The notes beneath the pieces are model-generated. The model searched no databases. It saw only the letters and a list, made by a program, of their open reading frames with translations, and was not told where the DNA came from. From the human T2T-CHM13v2.0 reference genome, Homo sapiens, in assembly GCF_009914755.1 (NCBI RefSeq), contig NC_060947.1: a stretch of 64,000 nucleotides of DNA; one strand, written 5' to 3'. Positions 13,755 to 33,224 of this stretch are shown here, piece after piece (positions within the stretch are counted from its first letter, which is position 1; the number at the start of each line of letters is the position of its first letter). Position numbers and translations under genes: made by a program.

Positions 13755-14050
13755 TTTTTAAATCAATTTTATTGAGTTATAATTCACATCCCACAAAATT
13801 CACTCAATTTAAGCATACGATTCAATGATTTTTAGTAAATTTAACAAGTTATGCAACCATCAACACAATCACTCCAATAAGATCCCTGGTATCCATGAAC
13901 AGTAAATACCAGTTTTCCACCTCCAGCCCTCGGCAACCATTAACCTACTTTGTTTCTATATATTTGCCCTTTCTAAACATTTCATATAAATGAAACCGCA
14001 CAGTGGCTGATCTTCTGTGCATGACTTCTTTCATTTAGCATAATGTATCT
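13755..14050 (-). mobile_element. L1M(B/E) 3' end fragment
   Basis: ttttattgagttataattcacatcccacaaaattcactc...tttagtaaatttaacaagttatgcaaccatc. Confidence 0.8.
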
Positions 14051-16630
14051 ATGTCTTTATATTTAAAGTGGGCTTTTTCTTGTAGACAGCTTATAAATTG
14101 TGTCTGCTTTTTTTAATCCAATCTGATGATCTCTGTCTTTTAGATGATTCACATTTTCACATTTAAAGCAACTATTTATATGGAGGGTCAAAATTTACTA
14201 TCTTGTTAGTTGTTTTCTATTTGATCAATTTGTTCCTTTTTTCCTCTTTTTTCTGCTTTCTCTGGGTTTTATTGAGCATTTTTTATTATTCAATTTATCA
14301 CCTCTATTGACTTATTATTTATACCTCTTTTTAAACTTTTTAAATAGTTATCCTAGGGTTTACAATGTTTTTAAATAATCTGAGTTCAAATAATATAGCC
14401 ACTTCACAAGGAGCATAGGACCTTATAACAGTATTTTACCAATTCCTCCCTTCCATCTTTGTGCCATTGTTGTCATACATTTCACTTTTATATATGCTAT
14501 AAACACACAACACATTGTTATAAATTTTATTTTTTAAAAATCACTTATTTTTAGAACAACTAAATGTTTAAAAGATTTCATCTTCACTTACTTCATTTCT
14601 GACATTCTTTGATTCTTTTTGTAGATCCAGTTTTCCAAATTATATCACTTTTTTCTGCCTGAAGAATTTCCTTTAACGTTTCTTGTAGAGTGGGTCTGCT
14701 GGCAATAAATTCCCTCAGTTTTTGTTTGTCTCAAAAAGTCTTTTTTCTTCTTCATTTGTGAAGGACATTTTCACTGGATATAGAATTCTGGGTTGACAAT
14801 TTCTTCTGTCAACACTTGAAACAAGCCACCCCACTGTCTTCTTGCTTGTATGGTCTTTTACTGAAAAGTCTGCTGTATTTCTTATCCTTTTCCTCTGTAT
14901 ATAGCACTTCCTCCTCTACTCCTCCCCCTGCCCTCTCCCCGCACCCAGACACCTTGTCTTTAGTTTTAAGCAGTTCAAATGTGATATGCCTGGGTATCTG
15001 TTTATTGTTTTGGTATTTATCTTGCTTGGTGTTCTCTAAAGTTCTTGGATCTGTGGTTTGGCATCTGTCACTAATTTTGGAAAACTCTCAGCTATTACTT
15101 CTTCTAATATTTCTGTCCCATTCTCATTCTCTCTCTTCCTCCCAAGATTCCAATTATGTGAATGTTAGACCATTTGACATTGTTACTCTTCTCTTGGATA
15201 TTCTGTTCTGATCATTTCACCCTTTGCCTTCCAATATCTTTAAGTTCATTGACTCTTACAGTCCACAGTCCACTTCATTTGTTACTGTATTTTTTGTTTC
15301 TAGCATTTGAATTTGATTTTTTCTTTTATTTTCCATCTCTGTCCTAAAATTACTTATCTGATCTTGCATGTTATCTACTTTTTCCATTAGAGCTTCAAAA
15401 ATATTAATCATAGTTTAAAAAAAAATTCTCTGATAGTTCCAACATCTGTGTCATACATGAGCCTGGTTCTGGTGACTGCTTTGTCTCTTGCCTTTTCTTG
15501 CCTTTTTGGTCTTGTAATGTATTTCTGATGGTCAGATATTTTGTATCAAAATGGTACTGAGGTAAATATTTTTTATACTTGAAGATGAGTACACCTTTTT
15601 TTCTGATAGGCCTTTAGCATTGAGGTTTGTATTAATGTAATCAGGAGGTGGGCTAGGTTTGAAGATTATTGTTTCCATGGTTATGCTCAGGGCCTCAGGA
15701 GCCTTCATATTCCTGTACTGATAGCTTGTTTTTATGGCATTGGGTAATTTGCCACAAGATTTTTCTCAATGTCTTCCCCTCGCTTGGCTTTGGGTCTCCA
15801 TACTTGACTTTTAAGTTTTTGTACTGCTCCCCAGAGACAATCTCTCTCTTGCAGCTCCCCAGGCCTTATTCCATTGTTATTTTTATTTGATGCTTGTTAG
15901 CTTTATAGTAAGGAGGTGAGAAATGGGGGTATTCTGATATTCTGATTAATTTGCAATATTATGCAGATACTGTGAACCTGGGTCTTGGGGTTGTGGCCTT
16001 CATAAGCATTCCTGATCCTCCTCCAAACACAATGCCAGGCCTACCAGGCATTCATTTCCTTTCCCAAGAAAGTAGATCTTCTTTCTTTTTCCTCTTCTCC
16101 TTCCCCAATTACAGTGGGTTTCCACCAGTAGTCTCACTTTCTGTTACTTTCTTCCTGCAGATTAAGACTTTTGTTCCTTAGGGAGATGGAGAGATATCTA
16201 GGCAGATTTTGGCAGTGGCTTTTGTTCTTCTACCCCAGCCAAGACACAGGAAAAACTTTCTCAGGATTCTCCCTGATCTTCCCTGTGAGTATTTGGCAGG
16301 AATCCTGGAGGAAAAGCCTGTAAGAGGGCAAGAAATCCCTATATCTGTGGCCCCCAACTTTGAGCAATTCATTACAAATTTCTGGTTTAATCTTCTTACT
16401 GGTTTATATGCCATTCAACAGTATCTGTCCCAAGTAAGCAAATGTTCAGGTCCTGTTTCTTTCTTCAGTGGTACCTGTCTCTCTCCTGATTTTGGGTTAA
16501 TCATTTGCCCTGAAATCTCCATTTCTTTCCTAGGTTCAGGAAAAGTTATTAATTTTCCATTTGTCCAGCTTTTTCTTTTTGTAATGATGACAGCTCTGCA
16601 TGCCACATATCTAGGCTGAAACCAGAAGTC
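14050..16630 (-). mobile_element. Old L1M 5' region (5' UTR/ORF1), degraded
   Basis: gggtctgctggcaataaattccctcagtttttgtttgtc...ttcactggatatagaattctgggttgaca is typical of antisense L1M ORF1. Confidence 0.7.
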
Positions 16631-16776
16631 TGTTTATTAGTATTTCCAGTTTTATCAGCCTTTTCCCACAAGGACTGGATATTTGAAATACTGAAAGATT
16701 GCATCAAGCAAATTACAATGCATTAGGTAATAACTCACTGAATATTTTGCTAATCAGTCATACACAGAAAGTTTGG

Positions 16777-17171
<395 letters not shown>

Positions 17172-17490
17172 TCAAGAATTGTGATCAATTTGAAATAACT
17201 AATAGTCTCACCTGAGTTGCTATAATTCAAAGACAGAACTTGTTTTCGTTAACTTATATGTTCTTGTAACACATAAATGCTTGATGTCCATTTGGCCTTT
17301 TGAGGCAGAAAAAACTTCTCAAATTTACATCATCCCTTGACCTTGTGTCACTGGCCAGACCAAGCCCTCCACACCAGCAAGGGCTTAATTACAGGACTCC
17401 TGTGGAAATGTCCTCTTTTACGGAAACCCAACTCTATTTAGGAATTTTTCAAGAACTGCCTGAATTATAGAAATTGAAGAAACATTACTA

Positions 17491-17947
<457 letters not shown>

Positions 17948-18199
17948 TTACAGAAATACCTACCATTGTGCCTACAAAGATTAATGTGTATATTAAATTA
18001 CAACATTACTTACACTATAAAAAGTGTTCTTCCTTCTATCTCCATATCTACCGCCACTTCCTCTCCCTAAATAATATATAATAATTCAATAAAACAACGA
18101 CAGATAAGCTTACAAAATAGCTGATGTGAGGTTTTTTAACACATATGCTTAATATTTTAAATGAGAAATTTGTCATAATTACCTCATCCCATCCTTCAG

Positions 18200-18760
18200 G
18201 CATATATTACCACAGCAGTTCCAGCTTGTGCCTCGATACCTGATTTCCTTTCCCCCTGAGTTTGGTGACAGACATATTAGTTCTTCTTGACCCTGACCAC
18301 ACAGTTTTTTTCCTCCCTTCCAGATTGTATGTAGGTATTGGATATACTACACACCAGAATAGGTATTCAATCTGAAGAAGAATCTTCATGCTAGTCTTGG
18401 CCCTTGGATCCATTTTATGCCCTTTCTTGCTCTGCACATGTCACAGGGTAAGGAGTGACTCCTATCATCTCTCTCTCTCTCTCTCTCTGGTGGTGGCTAT
18501 GTGTTCTCCATGGCTGAAGCTCCCATCAGACAGCCCTCCGACCAGGTCCCAACAGCCCTCACAATAGTTGTTCTTGCCAGGCAACCTCATTCCTGGGCTC
18601 TGGTAATACTACCTTCTCCCTGTGTCAGCCCCAGGGATGAAAGTAGCTTTCTGCTGTTGCTCATCTTTAGCTTGCTTCAACACACTCTGTTTGGCTTCTC
18701 AGCTCTTCCAATGCCTTGGTAAACAGTTGTCTCCTACTGAACTACCTGTCTCTTTTTCCC
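18200..18760. mobile_element. Degraded LTR (LTR33-like) containing (CT)n
   Basis: ctgggctctggtaatactaccttctccc...gtagctttctgctgttgctc resembles LTR33; (CT)n at 18468-18488. Confidence 0.45.
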
Positions 18761-19244
18761 CAACTTTGCTGGGAGGACTTCATCTGCTATAACAGACCTT
18801 GACTCTTTACCAGATTTTCCCACAATGGATAAAAATCACTACAGTATCACCATCTTGTCTGTCTCTCTTCAGAGCCATCATAAACACTCAGCATAACACT
18901 GCCATTGAAAATAGACAATTGTCTTATTCATACCACTGGGGAGAATCATTCTGGCTCATTCATAGCCCACTGTATTAATGAATGCAATCTTTTCTTTCCC
19001 CCTAGTTCTCTCAGCAGCAAAAATGTACAGCAGTCAACAGAGTCCTAGACTAGAAAAAGATAGTCCATGGTAGACTTGTTTTAAATGTGTATTTAAACAC
19101 ATTTACATATACTTAACTGTATAAACATACAGACACACACACGAAGTCCACAGTTCAAGAAAAATAAATACCAAAGGACAGAGTGTATGTATATGGGGAT
19201 TACAATAACAAGAAAGATCAAAACACGTTTATAAAATTAAAGCT

Positions 19245-19700
19245 TCCCTAAAGGCCATATATGACAAACCCACAACTAACATCATACTGAATGGGGAAAA
19301 GCTGAAAGCCTTTCCTCTAAGAACTGGAACAAGACAAGGATGCCCACTTTCGCCATTCCTATTCAACATTGTACTGAAATTCCTGACCAGAGCAATCAGA
19401 AAAGAGAAATAAATAAAAGGCATCCAAATTGGAAAAAAAGTCAAATTATCCCTCTTGGCAAATGACATAATCTTATATTTAGAAAAACCTAAAGATTCCA
19501 CCAAAAAACTCTTAGATATAAACAAATTCAATTTATTTGCAGGATACAAAATCAGCATTAAAAAGCAGTAGCATTTCTATATATCGACCATATATTGTAA
19601 TATATACATTGTATATGTATATGTATACATTATAATGAACTAGCAGAAAAAGAAATCAAGAAGGCAACCCCACTTACAATAGCCACAAACAAATAAAACC
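19245..19700 (+). mobile_element. L1 ORF2 RT fragment (better preserved, L1PB/L1MA-type)
   Basis: ggccatatatgacaaacccacaactaacatcatactgaatggggaaaagctgaaagcctttcctctaagaactggaacaagacaaggatgccc. Confidence 0.88.
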
Positions 19701-19704
19701 TACA

Positions 19705-22082
<2,378 letters not shown>

Positions 22083-22187
22083 TTAATGAGCCTAAAAAGG
22101 TAATGATGAAAAAAATAAGAGTGTGGATGAAACTGAGGAAGCCTCAAGAACACAAAAAGCTAACAGCCAGTTGACACCACATATTAC

Positions 22188-22760
22188 TCTGCAGGAAAAA
22201 GTTAATATAACAGGCCTGATGTTGCTATCTCTAGGAGGGCATGCCTGCATGACCTCATATTCCAATAGGTCCTGGGAACTTGGCCTGTGAGATATTACCT
22301 ATGCTACTAATTGATAAGGTTGTTTTGTGTGCCTGGAACACTGAATTCTGCTGTACCAGCCAGGCTAAATTGCTTTTGCAAATGTGATTTATGGTGAAGA
22401 CCTGCTTTCCTTCTGAAACTCAGAAATTTCAATAAGAACGCCTGATCAGCCCTCAATACAGAAAAGCCTGTGTCTTAAGCAAGCTTCCCTAAACAGAAAC
22501 ACTGCATATGTGCCGCTACATTTAATTGCAGGTGGAAAAAGTTTGTTCTATGCAGCCCCACCCCCAACCTCCTAAGGGAGAACTTAGGAAGCTCACATTT
22601 ACTCTTTCAGGCTCCACCCATTATGTCTTTTTCTCCTGCTGATCTTGCTGTGTATGTTTTCACTGTAATAAGTCATGGCTTTAATACAACTGTCTCTGGA
22701 TCCTGTGAGTCTTTCTGGCACGTCATCAAATGCATGGGTAGTTGTTAGATGCCCCAAAGT
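22188..22760 (+). mobile_element. Solo LTR, MER68/MER77-like (ERVL)
   Basis: Starts tgcaggaaaaagttaatataacaggcctga..tgctatc; ends ctgatcttgctgtgtat...tgtaataa...tcctgtgagtc. Confidence 0.65.
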
Positions 22761-22959
22761 TCCCAAATATAAGCAACACTTTAAATCTGAATCTTTTCCT
22801 CAAATCCTTTCTCTGGCCCTGTACTGTCTACTCTTTGGCCTCCCCTAGAATCCCAAGCAGTGCCACATTCATCATAGGTACGAACATCTGCACCAAGTCC
22901 TCAAAACAGCCCTGTATGTCACACCCAAGTTCCAAGTGCAACTCAGTGCCTGATGTAAA

Positions 22960-23430
22960 AGTTACATTCAGGTTCAGCAGCAAATAACAAAAACCCATTT
23001 CTCTCTTACTTATAAGAAATACATAAGTATTCAGTCCAAATCTGGCATGGCAGCTCTATGCTATCAGAGACTACAGCGTCATCTATTTTATTGTATTGCC
23101 AGAAGTGTTCTCCATTCCCACGGTTACCTCTTGACCAAATACAGCTGCTGGAGCTCTAGCCATTACATCCACATTCCAGGAAGCAGACAGAAGGCATGGT
23201 AGAAGAGGGGCATGCCCCTTTCCTTTAAGAATACTTTGCATAAATCCCACATACTTCTCCTCCTACCTTTGGCCAGAACTTGATCACATAACTACACCCA
23301 GCTGCAAGACAGGCCAGGAAATGTAGTTTTCTTATTGCACAGCAATATGCTGAGCTAATTAGAACAGGGTTCTACTGGAACAATGAAAGGAACAATGGAT
23401 ATTGGGAGGTAACTGGAGTCTGCTACACCT
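22960..23430 (-). mobile_element. MLT1 (MaLR LTR) remnant
   Basis: ttggccagaacttgatcacataactacacccagctgcaagacaggccaggaaatgtag. Confidence 0.65.
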
Positions 23431-23808
23431 CGTTCATTCTACACTCAACAAAAGTAATCTGAGAATCAATCCTTTTAATAACCCAAGACAATTTGAAGTA
23501 AATGTGTCTTTACCTAAAATTAGTTTTAGGGGTAGATATGAAGAAGTAAAAGGAGAAAATTTGTTGACTATGAACCTGAAGTTACACACTAGTTAGATGT
23601 TTCTCGATCTCTAGCTTCTCAGTGAAAATATGTGATAAGAGCCTATGATACAATTTGAAAGACTACCTCTGGGACATTTACTATCTCAGTAACATGTTAA
23701 GTTTAACAAAACATAGCGCTTAACACTGTTCTTCCCCAAAGGTTGCAGTGTCTCTGAAGATATACAGAATCTTAATTTTTTAAAAATACCGTGTTTGGTA
23801 AAGAGCAT

Positions 23809-24166
23809 TAGCAAAATAGCAGAGTAGACAGCTCCAAAGTCCCATCCCTCCACAGAAACATTGAAGAACAACCAGAAGCTGTCAGAGCCAATTTTGTCAG
23901 AATTCTAGAAAAGAGTCAAAGGTTTACAGCAACCAAGTGAACAATGACTCAAGAACAAGACAACTTTAAAATGGTAGGAAGGCTGTGTAGCAAAATAGCA
24001 GAGTAGACAGCTCCAAACTCCCATTCCTCCACAGAAACATTGAAAAACAAGCAGAAGCTGTCAGAGCCAATTTTGTCAGAATTCTAGAAGAGAGTCAAAG
24101 GTTTACAGCAACCAAGTGAACAATGACTCAAGAACAAGGCAACTTTAAAATGGCAGGAAGGCTGTG
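23809..24166 (+). repeat. Direct tandem duplication, 2 x 179 bp, in an L1M 5' UTR
   Basis: Copies at 23809-23987 and 23988-24166 differ at 7 positions by my count. Confidence 0.95.
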
Positions 24167-24586
24167 TGGCATTTTGCTTGCCCTTGTCCCACCCCCTCAC
24201 CAGCTCAGCAGTGGTCTTGAACACAGCAGCCAATATCCCCTGGTCCCTGGTTCCAGATGGAGCAGAGCAGGGCTTGTTTGCAATTTTTTGTGTTTGTTCT
24301 AACCTGTCTGAAGACTACCCAAAGGAATGACTTGAGGTTCTCATCTCCATTTTGCCTAACTTGGAGCCCACTCATAGCGGACAAGCAGCAAGCATTGCTT
24401 GAAAAATGTTGTAAGGTAGGCCAAACAAACAAACAAACAAAAACACCCTGCAGCTACCTGGGAGGAAAAGTATGGGCCATTCAAAGGAAAAAAATTGATA
24501 GAAACTATCCCTGAGGAGGCTGACACACTGGATATATGAGATGAAAACTTTAAATCAGCTGTCTTAAATATGCTTAATGAATGAAA

Positions 24587-24879
24587 GGCAGTGGCTCACG
24601 CCTGTAATCCCAACACTTTGGTAGGCTGAGGCAGGAGGATTGCTTAAGGCCAGGAGTCCAAGACCAGCCTAGGCAACATAGTAAGCACTTGTCTCTATAA
24701 AAAAAAAATTTTTAATTAGCCAAACATGGTGGTATGTGCCTGTAGTCCTATCTACTTGGGAAACTGAGGCAGAAGGATCACTTGAGCCCAGGAGTTCAAG
24801 GTTATAGTGAGCTGCAATTACACCACTGCACTCCAGCCTGGGTGACAGAGACCCTGTCTCTATTAAAAAAAAAAAAAAA
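24587..24879 (+). mobile_element. AluJ (slightly 5' truncated)
   Basis: Dimer with A tail. Confidence 0.9.
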
Positions 24880-24983
24880 CTAAAGGAAACCACAGACAAA
24901 TAAATAAAGGAAGCCAGGAAAACAATGTATGAACAAAATAAGAATATCAGTAAAGAGACAGAAATTATAAAAAAGAAGCATTA

Positions 24984-26460
<1,477 letters not shown>

Positions 26461-27084
26461 TTTTAAAATAAAGCAACATGAAATAATTCGTTTATAAACA
26501 AAATAATATTGTTTTTAAAAAAACAGGTAAACATAACAATTTGGGTTTCAAACTCCTCATTTTTCCTACATGATTAAAAAAGCAAATGCAAAAAAAATTA
26601 TAAACCTATGTTAATGAGCACACAATATATAAATATCTGCTCTTTGACAATGACAATATAATGGAAGGAGGCAGAGATTAATATTCAGAATATATAAAGA
26701 ATTCCTATAACTCAATGACAAAAAAACCCTGATTAAAAATGGCAAAGAATTTGAATAGACATTTCTCCAAATAAAATATACAGATAGCCAAAAAGTACAT
26801 GAAGGGAAATACAAATAAGTCATTAGGGGACTACAAGTCAAAGCCACAACAAGATACCACTTCACACCTACTAGGGTGGCTATCATTTTTTTTTAAATGG
26901 AAAACAACAAGTGTTGAAGAGGATGTGGACAAATTAGAATCTTTGTGCATTGTGGTGGGAATACAAAATGGTACAGCTACTGTGGAAAACAGTTTGGTGG
27001 TTCCTCAAAAAGTCAAACATAGAATTACCATATGACCTAGCAATTCCACTCCTAGGTATACAGCCAAAAGGAATGAAAACAAAT

Positions 27085-27478
<394 letters not shown>

Positions 27479-27560
27479 CTATGTGAGTGTTCATAGTAGC
27501 ATTATTCAAAAGGTGGAAATAACCCGAGTGTCCACCAACTGATGAACAGATAAATGTGGA

Positions 27561-27610
27561 GTGTGTGTGTGTGTGTGTGCGTGTACACACACACACACAC
27601 ACACACACAC
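27561..27610. repeat. (GT)12(AC)13 compound inverted microsatellite
   Basis: gtgtgtgtgtgtgtgtgtgcgtgt|acacacacacacacacacacacacac. Confidence 0.95.
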
Positions 27611-28795
27611 TGCAGTATTATTCAGCCACAGAAAGGAATGAAGTTCATATATGGGCTATACAACATGGATGAACCTTGAAAACATTATGCCAAATGAAAT
27701 AAGCCAGACACAAAAGACAAATATTATATGAATTCACTTATATGAATGATCTAGAATAGGCAAATTCATAAAGTCAGAAGGTAGATTAGAGACTATTAGG
27801 GGCTAGAAGGAAGGGTGGATGGGGAGTTACTACTTAACTGGAAGAGTTTCTGTTTGGGGCAATAAAAAATCTTTGGAAATAGTGGAGATGGCCATAAAAC
27901 TTTGTGAATATTATAAATGTTATTAAATTATACAGTTAAAAATGGATAAAACGGCAAGTTTTATGTTATGTATATTTTACCAAAAAAAAAATAAACAACT
28001 ACCACGTGACTTATCAGCCAAACACATACTTTTCTGCAAACACACATTATTTGTGTACTCATTTATTCCTTCATCCTCCTTCCTTAAACAGTCTGCTGCA
28101 ATTCAGGCAAATGTTTTCACACACAAAGGTTTCCTTCTCAGAAACTTCACTGTCAGTGTGAAGCTGAGGCATAAGAACTTGAAGGAGGAGGGGAGGGAAG
28201 AACTTGAAGGAAGGACCTTTAATGCTAGGTAGCGTTACAGCATCTTATTTTTTGATAGACAAAATAGAATGCACTAAACAAACACTTCTGGAGCATCTAC
28301 TAGGTGTCAGGCACTGTTCTAGGGTCTGGGGAGACAGCACAAACAAAAGATAGATATCTCTGTCTGCCCAGGGCTTACATTCTAATGCATTTTGGAAAAG
28401 CTCTCCAGAAGATTCTGATATGCCCATCACAACTAGCATAGAGTGGAGAGACATGAGAGCTGCACAGACCCAACCCTATCCGCCTCCCCACCTCTCTGAT
28501 AGTGAGGTCTAGAGATGAGAATGCTTTCAAGCAACTACTCTCATGTACGAAGGCCTGGTGCTGCCACTCTGAACAGCTCTTAACATTTTTTCCCCTAAAA
28601 CACTGGTAGCCTTCTGTCATATCAATGGAATAACACCTGGAGTGTGACCTTTGGGCTGAAAGGAGCAGGCATTTTGCTCCTACTTGGATCCAAGGCCCCC
28701 AGGCTGATCTAGCACAGGAAAACTAAGTTTTCCTTGTCATCCTGCCTCATTCCTCACTGTTCTACACTGGAGCTTGAGAGCAAAAGTCCTAGCTA

Positions 28796-29161
<366 letters not shown>

Positions 29162-29367
29162 TCAGAGACCTCCTAGGAAGTGGTAATGGGCGGGATTCAG
29201 GTTCTGCTCTATCCTGGCCAAATACATCCTCAGCTATATTGAGTTCATCCTTTAATAGATCCCAATTTCCCAATTTCAAACATGTGACCTTAAACAAAGG
29301 AGGTACTTGACCTAGGTTTCAATTTCTTTACCTGGGAAAATGGGACCAATATTAGGATCTTCAAACA

Positions 29368-29665
29368 TTTTTATTTTTTGGAGACAGGGTCTCACTCTGT
29401 TGCCCAAACTGGAGTGCATTGCTGCAATGACAGCTCACTGCAGCCTTGACCTCCCAGGCTCAAGCAATCCTCCATCAGCCTCAGCCTCCCAAGTAGCTGA
29501 GACTACAGGGACATGCCACCATGCCCAGCTAATTTTTATATTTTTAATAGAGACAGGGTTTTGCCACGTTGCCCAGGCTGGTCTTCAACTCCTGGGCTCA
29601 AGCAATCCTCCCGCTTCGGCCTCCCAAAGTGCTAGAATTACAGGCATGAGCCACCACACCCAGCC
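29368..29665 (-). mobile_element. AluJ inserted in a MIR
   Basis: Reverse dimer; TSD gatcttca(a/t)acattt; MIR-like flanks at ~29290-29360 and ~29670-29770. Confidence 0.92.
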
Positions 29666-29984
29666 TGATCTTCATACATTTGATGTGAAGGTTAAATGGC
29701 TTAACGTATGCAAAGTACTTAACACGGTGACAGACTATTCTAACAGGTGCTCAATAAACAGTTACTATTTTTTTCTACTATTATTTTATTAGAAACAACA
29801 TAGTGAATGTTTTTGAAGGGTGAAAACTTAAATATTCTTATTCATAATTGCCCAAACTTGGAAGCAACCAAGATGTCCTTCAGTGTCCTTTACATTTGTA
29901 TGTAAACTGTGGTACACACAAATCACATGCAAATCCTATTACTTCTCTTTTCTGGATTATGTATAACAAAGTACTCATCAAATA

Positions 29985-30385
29985 CTGCAATAGAGATTGG
30001 CTAGCTGCTTTCCAAACCTGTTCCTCTTCTTCCAACTAGACTATGTTTCCCTGGCTCCCTTCCAGTTAGATGTGGCCTTGTAACCAAGTTCTGTCCAACA
30101 GAAGTGGGCAAAGTGATGCAGAACATTTCCAGGCTTAGCACATAAGTCTTCCCCATATGATCTTCATTTCCTTGCTTCATTCATCAACTGGAGGAGGAGG
30201 ATTCCAAGGCCATATGGGATGGGGAAGCCACAAGATGGAAGGCATCTGGTCCCTGAATCACAACGTAGAGACAGCCACCTGCCAGTCCCTTGCACTGGTC
30301 CATTACATGCGTGAAAAACAAATTTCTCCTATGTTAAGTCACTGAAATTTGGGGTTGGTTTGTTTTAACATCTAGTATTACTCTA
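29985..30385 (+). mobile_element. MLT1 (MaLR LTR) remnant
   Basis: ctagactatgtttccctggctcccttccagttagatgtggccttgtaaccaagttctg...ttaagtcactgaaatttggggttgg. Confidence 0.65.
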
Positions 30386-30541
30386 ATATAAATACCCATA
30401 TTGATTAAAAGCCAGGTAGCATGCTTTAACTAAAAGAGAAAATTCTCCTAACACATATTCTCTTGTATGTTAAACAGAGGCAATTTAAAAAATACATGAA
30501 CTTAAGAATCAAACAAAAAGTAAAATGAAAAAGAAGTTACT

Positions 30542-30840
30542 GGCCAGGTGCAGCAGCTCATGCCTGTAATCTCAGCATTTTAGGAAGCCGAGGCAGGTGG
30601 ATGGCTTGAGCGCAGGAGTTCGAAATCAGCCTGGGCAACATGGCGAAACCCTGTCTCTACAAAAAATACCAAAAAATTAGCCAGGCGTAGTGGTGAGCAC
30701 CTGTAGTCCCAGCTACTCAGGAGGCTGAGGTGGGAGGATCACTTGAGCCCAGGAAGTCCAGGCTACAGTGAGCTAGGATTACACCACTGTACTCCAGCCT
30801 GCATGACACAGTGAGACCCTGTCTCAAAAAAAAAGAAGAA
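30542..30840 (+). mobile_element. AluJ
   Basis: Dimer; TSD aaagaagttact. Confidence 0.93.
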
Positions 30841-31049
30841 AGAAGTTACTGATTCTCAAGTCACGTAAGCCTAACTTCACCTCAGGTAAACTAATGTCAA
30901 ACAGTGTTAATCAGTGCTAGAAAGAGTTTAATGAGAGTAACAGACAGGATGTGTACAGCCTCACCTGTACAATCTTCCAGGCAGGGAAGTTAATAGGTTG
31001 CAAGCTAAGAGGGGGATTAACTTCTTTTCCAATCTTTCATCTTAATGAC

Positions 31050-31960
31050 AATGTCAAAACATACAGAAAAGTTGAAAGAAGAGTATATAAAGCATACCCT
31101 TTCACTAGGCACCTACATTTAACAGTTAGCTAGTAGGCTGCAATATTTGTTTTCTCTATATAGGTGGTATGTATATTTTTTTACTGAACTTTTTGAAAGT
31201 TGCATATGTTAGGATTCATATACTTTACCCCTGAATACTTCAGCTTGCATCTCCAAAGAATGAGTACATTCTCCTGCATAACCTCAATTATCACACCTAC
31301 AAAAAATAATAGTAATTCTTTAATATCATCTAATACCCAGTCTACATTCAAATATCCCTACCTATCCCCAAAACATCTTTTATAATTCATTTTCATGAAC
31401 TAGGAGCCAATCAAGTTTCTCGTACTACATTTAGTCTCTTTGACCTCCCTTAATCTAGAACACTCACCCTGCCTTTTTGTTTCCTTTGACGTTGACTTTT
31501 TGAAGAGTCTGGGGCAACTGTCTTACAGATCATCCCATATATTGGATTTATCTGATTGTTTTCTCATGGTGTTTTATAACTTGTTTCTCTATCCTCTGCA
31601 TTTCCTGGAAACTGGAAGATGTGTCTAAGTCCTTGATTTGATTCAGATTAAACACATACAGGAAGGATACTACATAGGTAAAGCTGTACACTTCCTGTAT
31701 ACCATGATACTAGATAGTCCCACAATGAGCAAGGATACATTTGATGACTTGCTTATAAGATGGTGACTGCCAGACCTCTTCACTGTAAAGGTACCTTCTT
31801 TTCTTTGCAACAGGCAAGTAACCTGTGGGGTGATAGTACTTTGCAAGTACCATGTTCCCCAATAACCTTTCACCTAGGATTCTGGAATTCATTGAAAACC
31901 CTTGTCTAAATAAACTATCACTAGAGGTTGAAAAATTGTGATTTTTCTAATTACAGCGTT
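31050..31960 (-). mobile_element. L1MC-type 3' UTR fragment
   Basis: tttacccctgaatacttcagc...tcatctaatacccagtctacattcaaat...gccagacctcttcactgtaaagg. Confidence 0.65.
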
Positions 31961-32717
31961 CCACAAAGGTTAACTTTTTAATATTCTAAGAAATGCTTTT
32001 AGTAAATGTCATTTTTCTATTTTTTAAGATACAAACATTTTACTTCCATTTATAACTTTCAAATAATAAGTAAAAGTATTCTTTATATCCAGAGACCGCT
32101 TTACAAAGAACATTTCGACAATCCAAGGAAAATGCTATGTAACCACATAGTACAATCTTCTGTTTATAAAGCATTTTTTTGCTACATAAGTTATTTGCTT
32201 CATTTTTAAATAATGTTTAAATTGCAAAAGTAATGTGTCAGTATTAAAGAAAGTTCAGGCCATTTAGAATAATATAAAGGAAAAGTACCACCTCCCCTCT
32301 CTCTCTCCCAACAACTCATCCTGCTCCCAAAGGATAAAGCTTGCATATCCTTCCATAAAAGCACATATATCATATATAAATTACATACATCATGTTTGTG
32401 TATATACAGTATATAGTTATTGAAAGATCAAATAGAATAATACTATACATGATGTTCTGTGCCTTGCTTTTTTTCCACAACATTATGTGTGGACAGTAGC
32501 CTTAAAAGGACATCTCAAAACACCTCTTTTTATCGCTGCATAGTATTCCTTAATGGGAATGTGCTACAATTTAACCAGTCTCATCTGATGAGTTCTGCAA
32601 CTTATGTCCACTGCAACAAATATTGCTGTCTATATATTGCAACATGCTAGCACAAGTATTTCTGATAGATTTCTGAAAGTCCAAGAATTGAAAATGCTGA
32701 ATAAAAGAGTAGGTGTG

Positions 32718-33067
<350 letters not shown>

Positions 33068-33224
33068 CTAGGTATTAACCAAAAGCTCACCCCAAAATAT
33101 ACAATTTTCCTCACTTCCACTAACTGTGTCCTAATGCATTTTAAAATTACAACAGTCCACTACTGAACAAACCTCAAGTAGTAAAGCCTGCCAAAGAATC
33201 ACAAAGCCTAAAATGAGAATGGGA

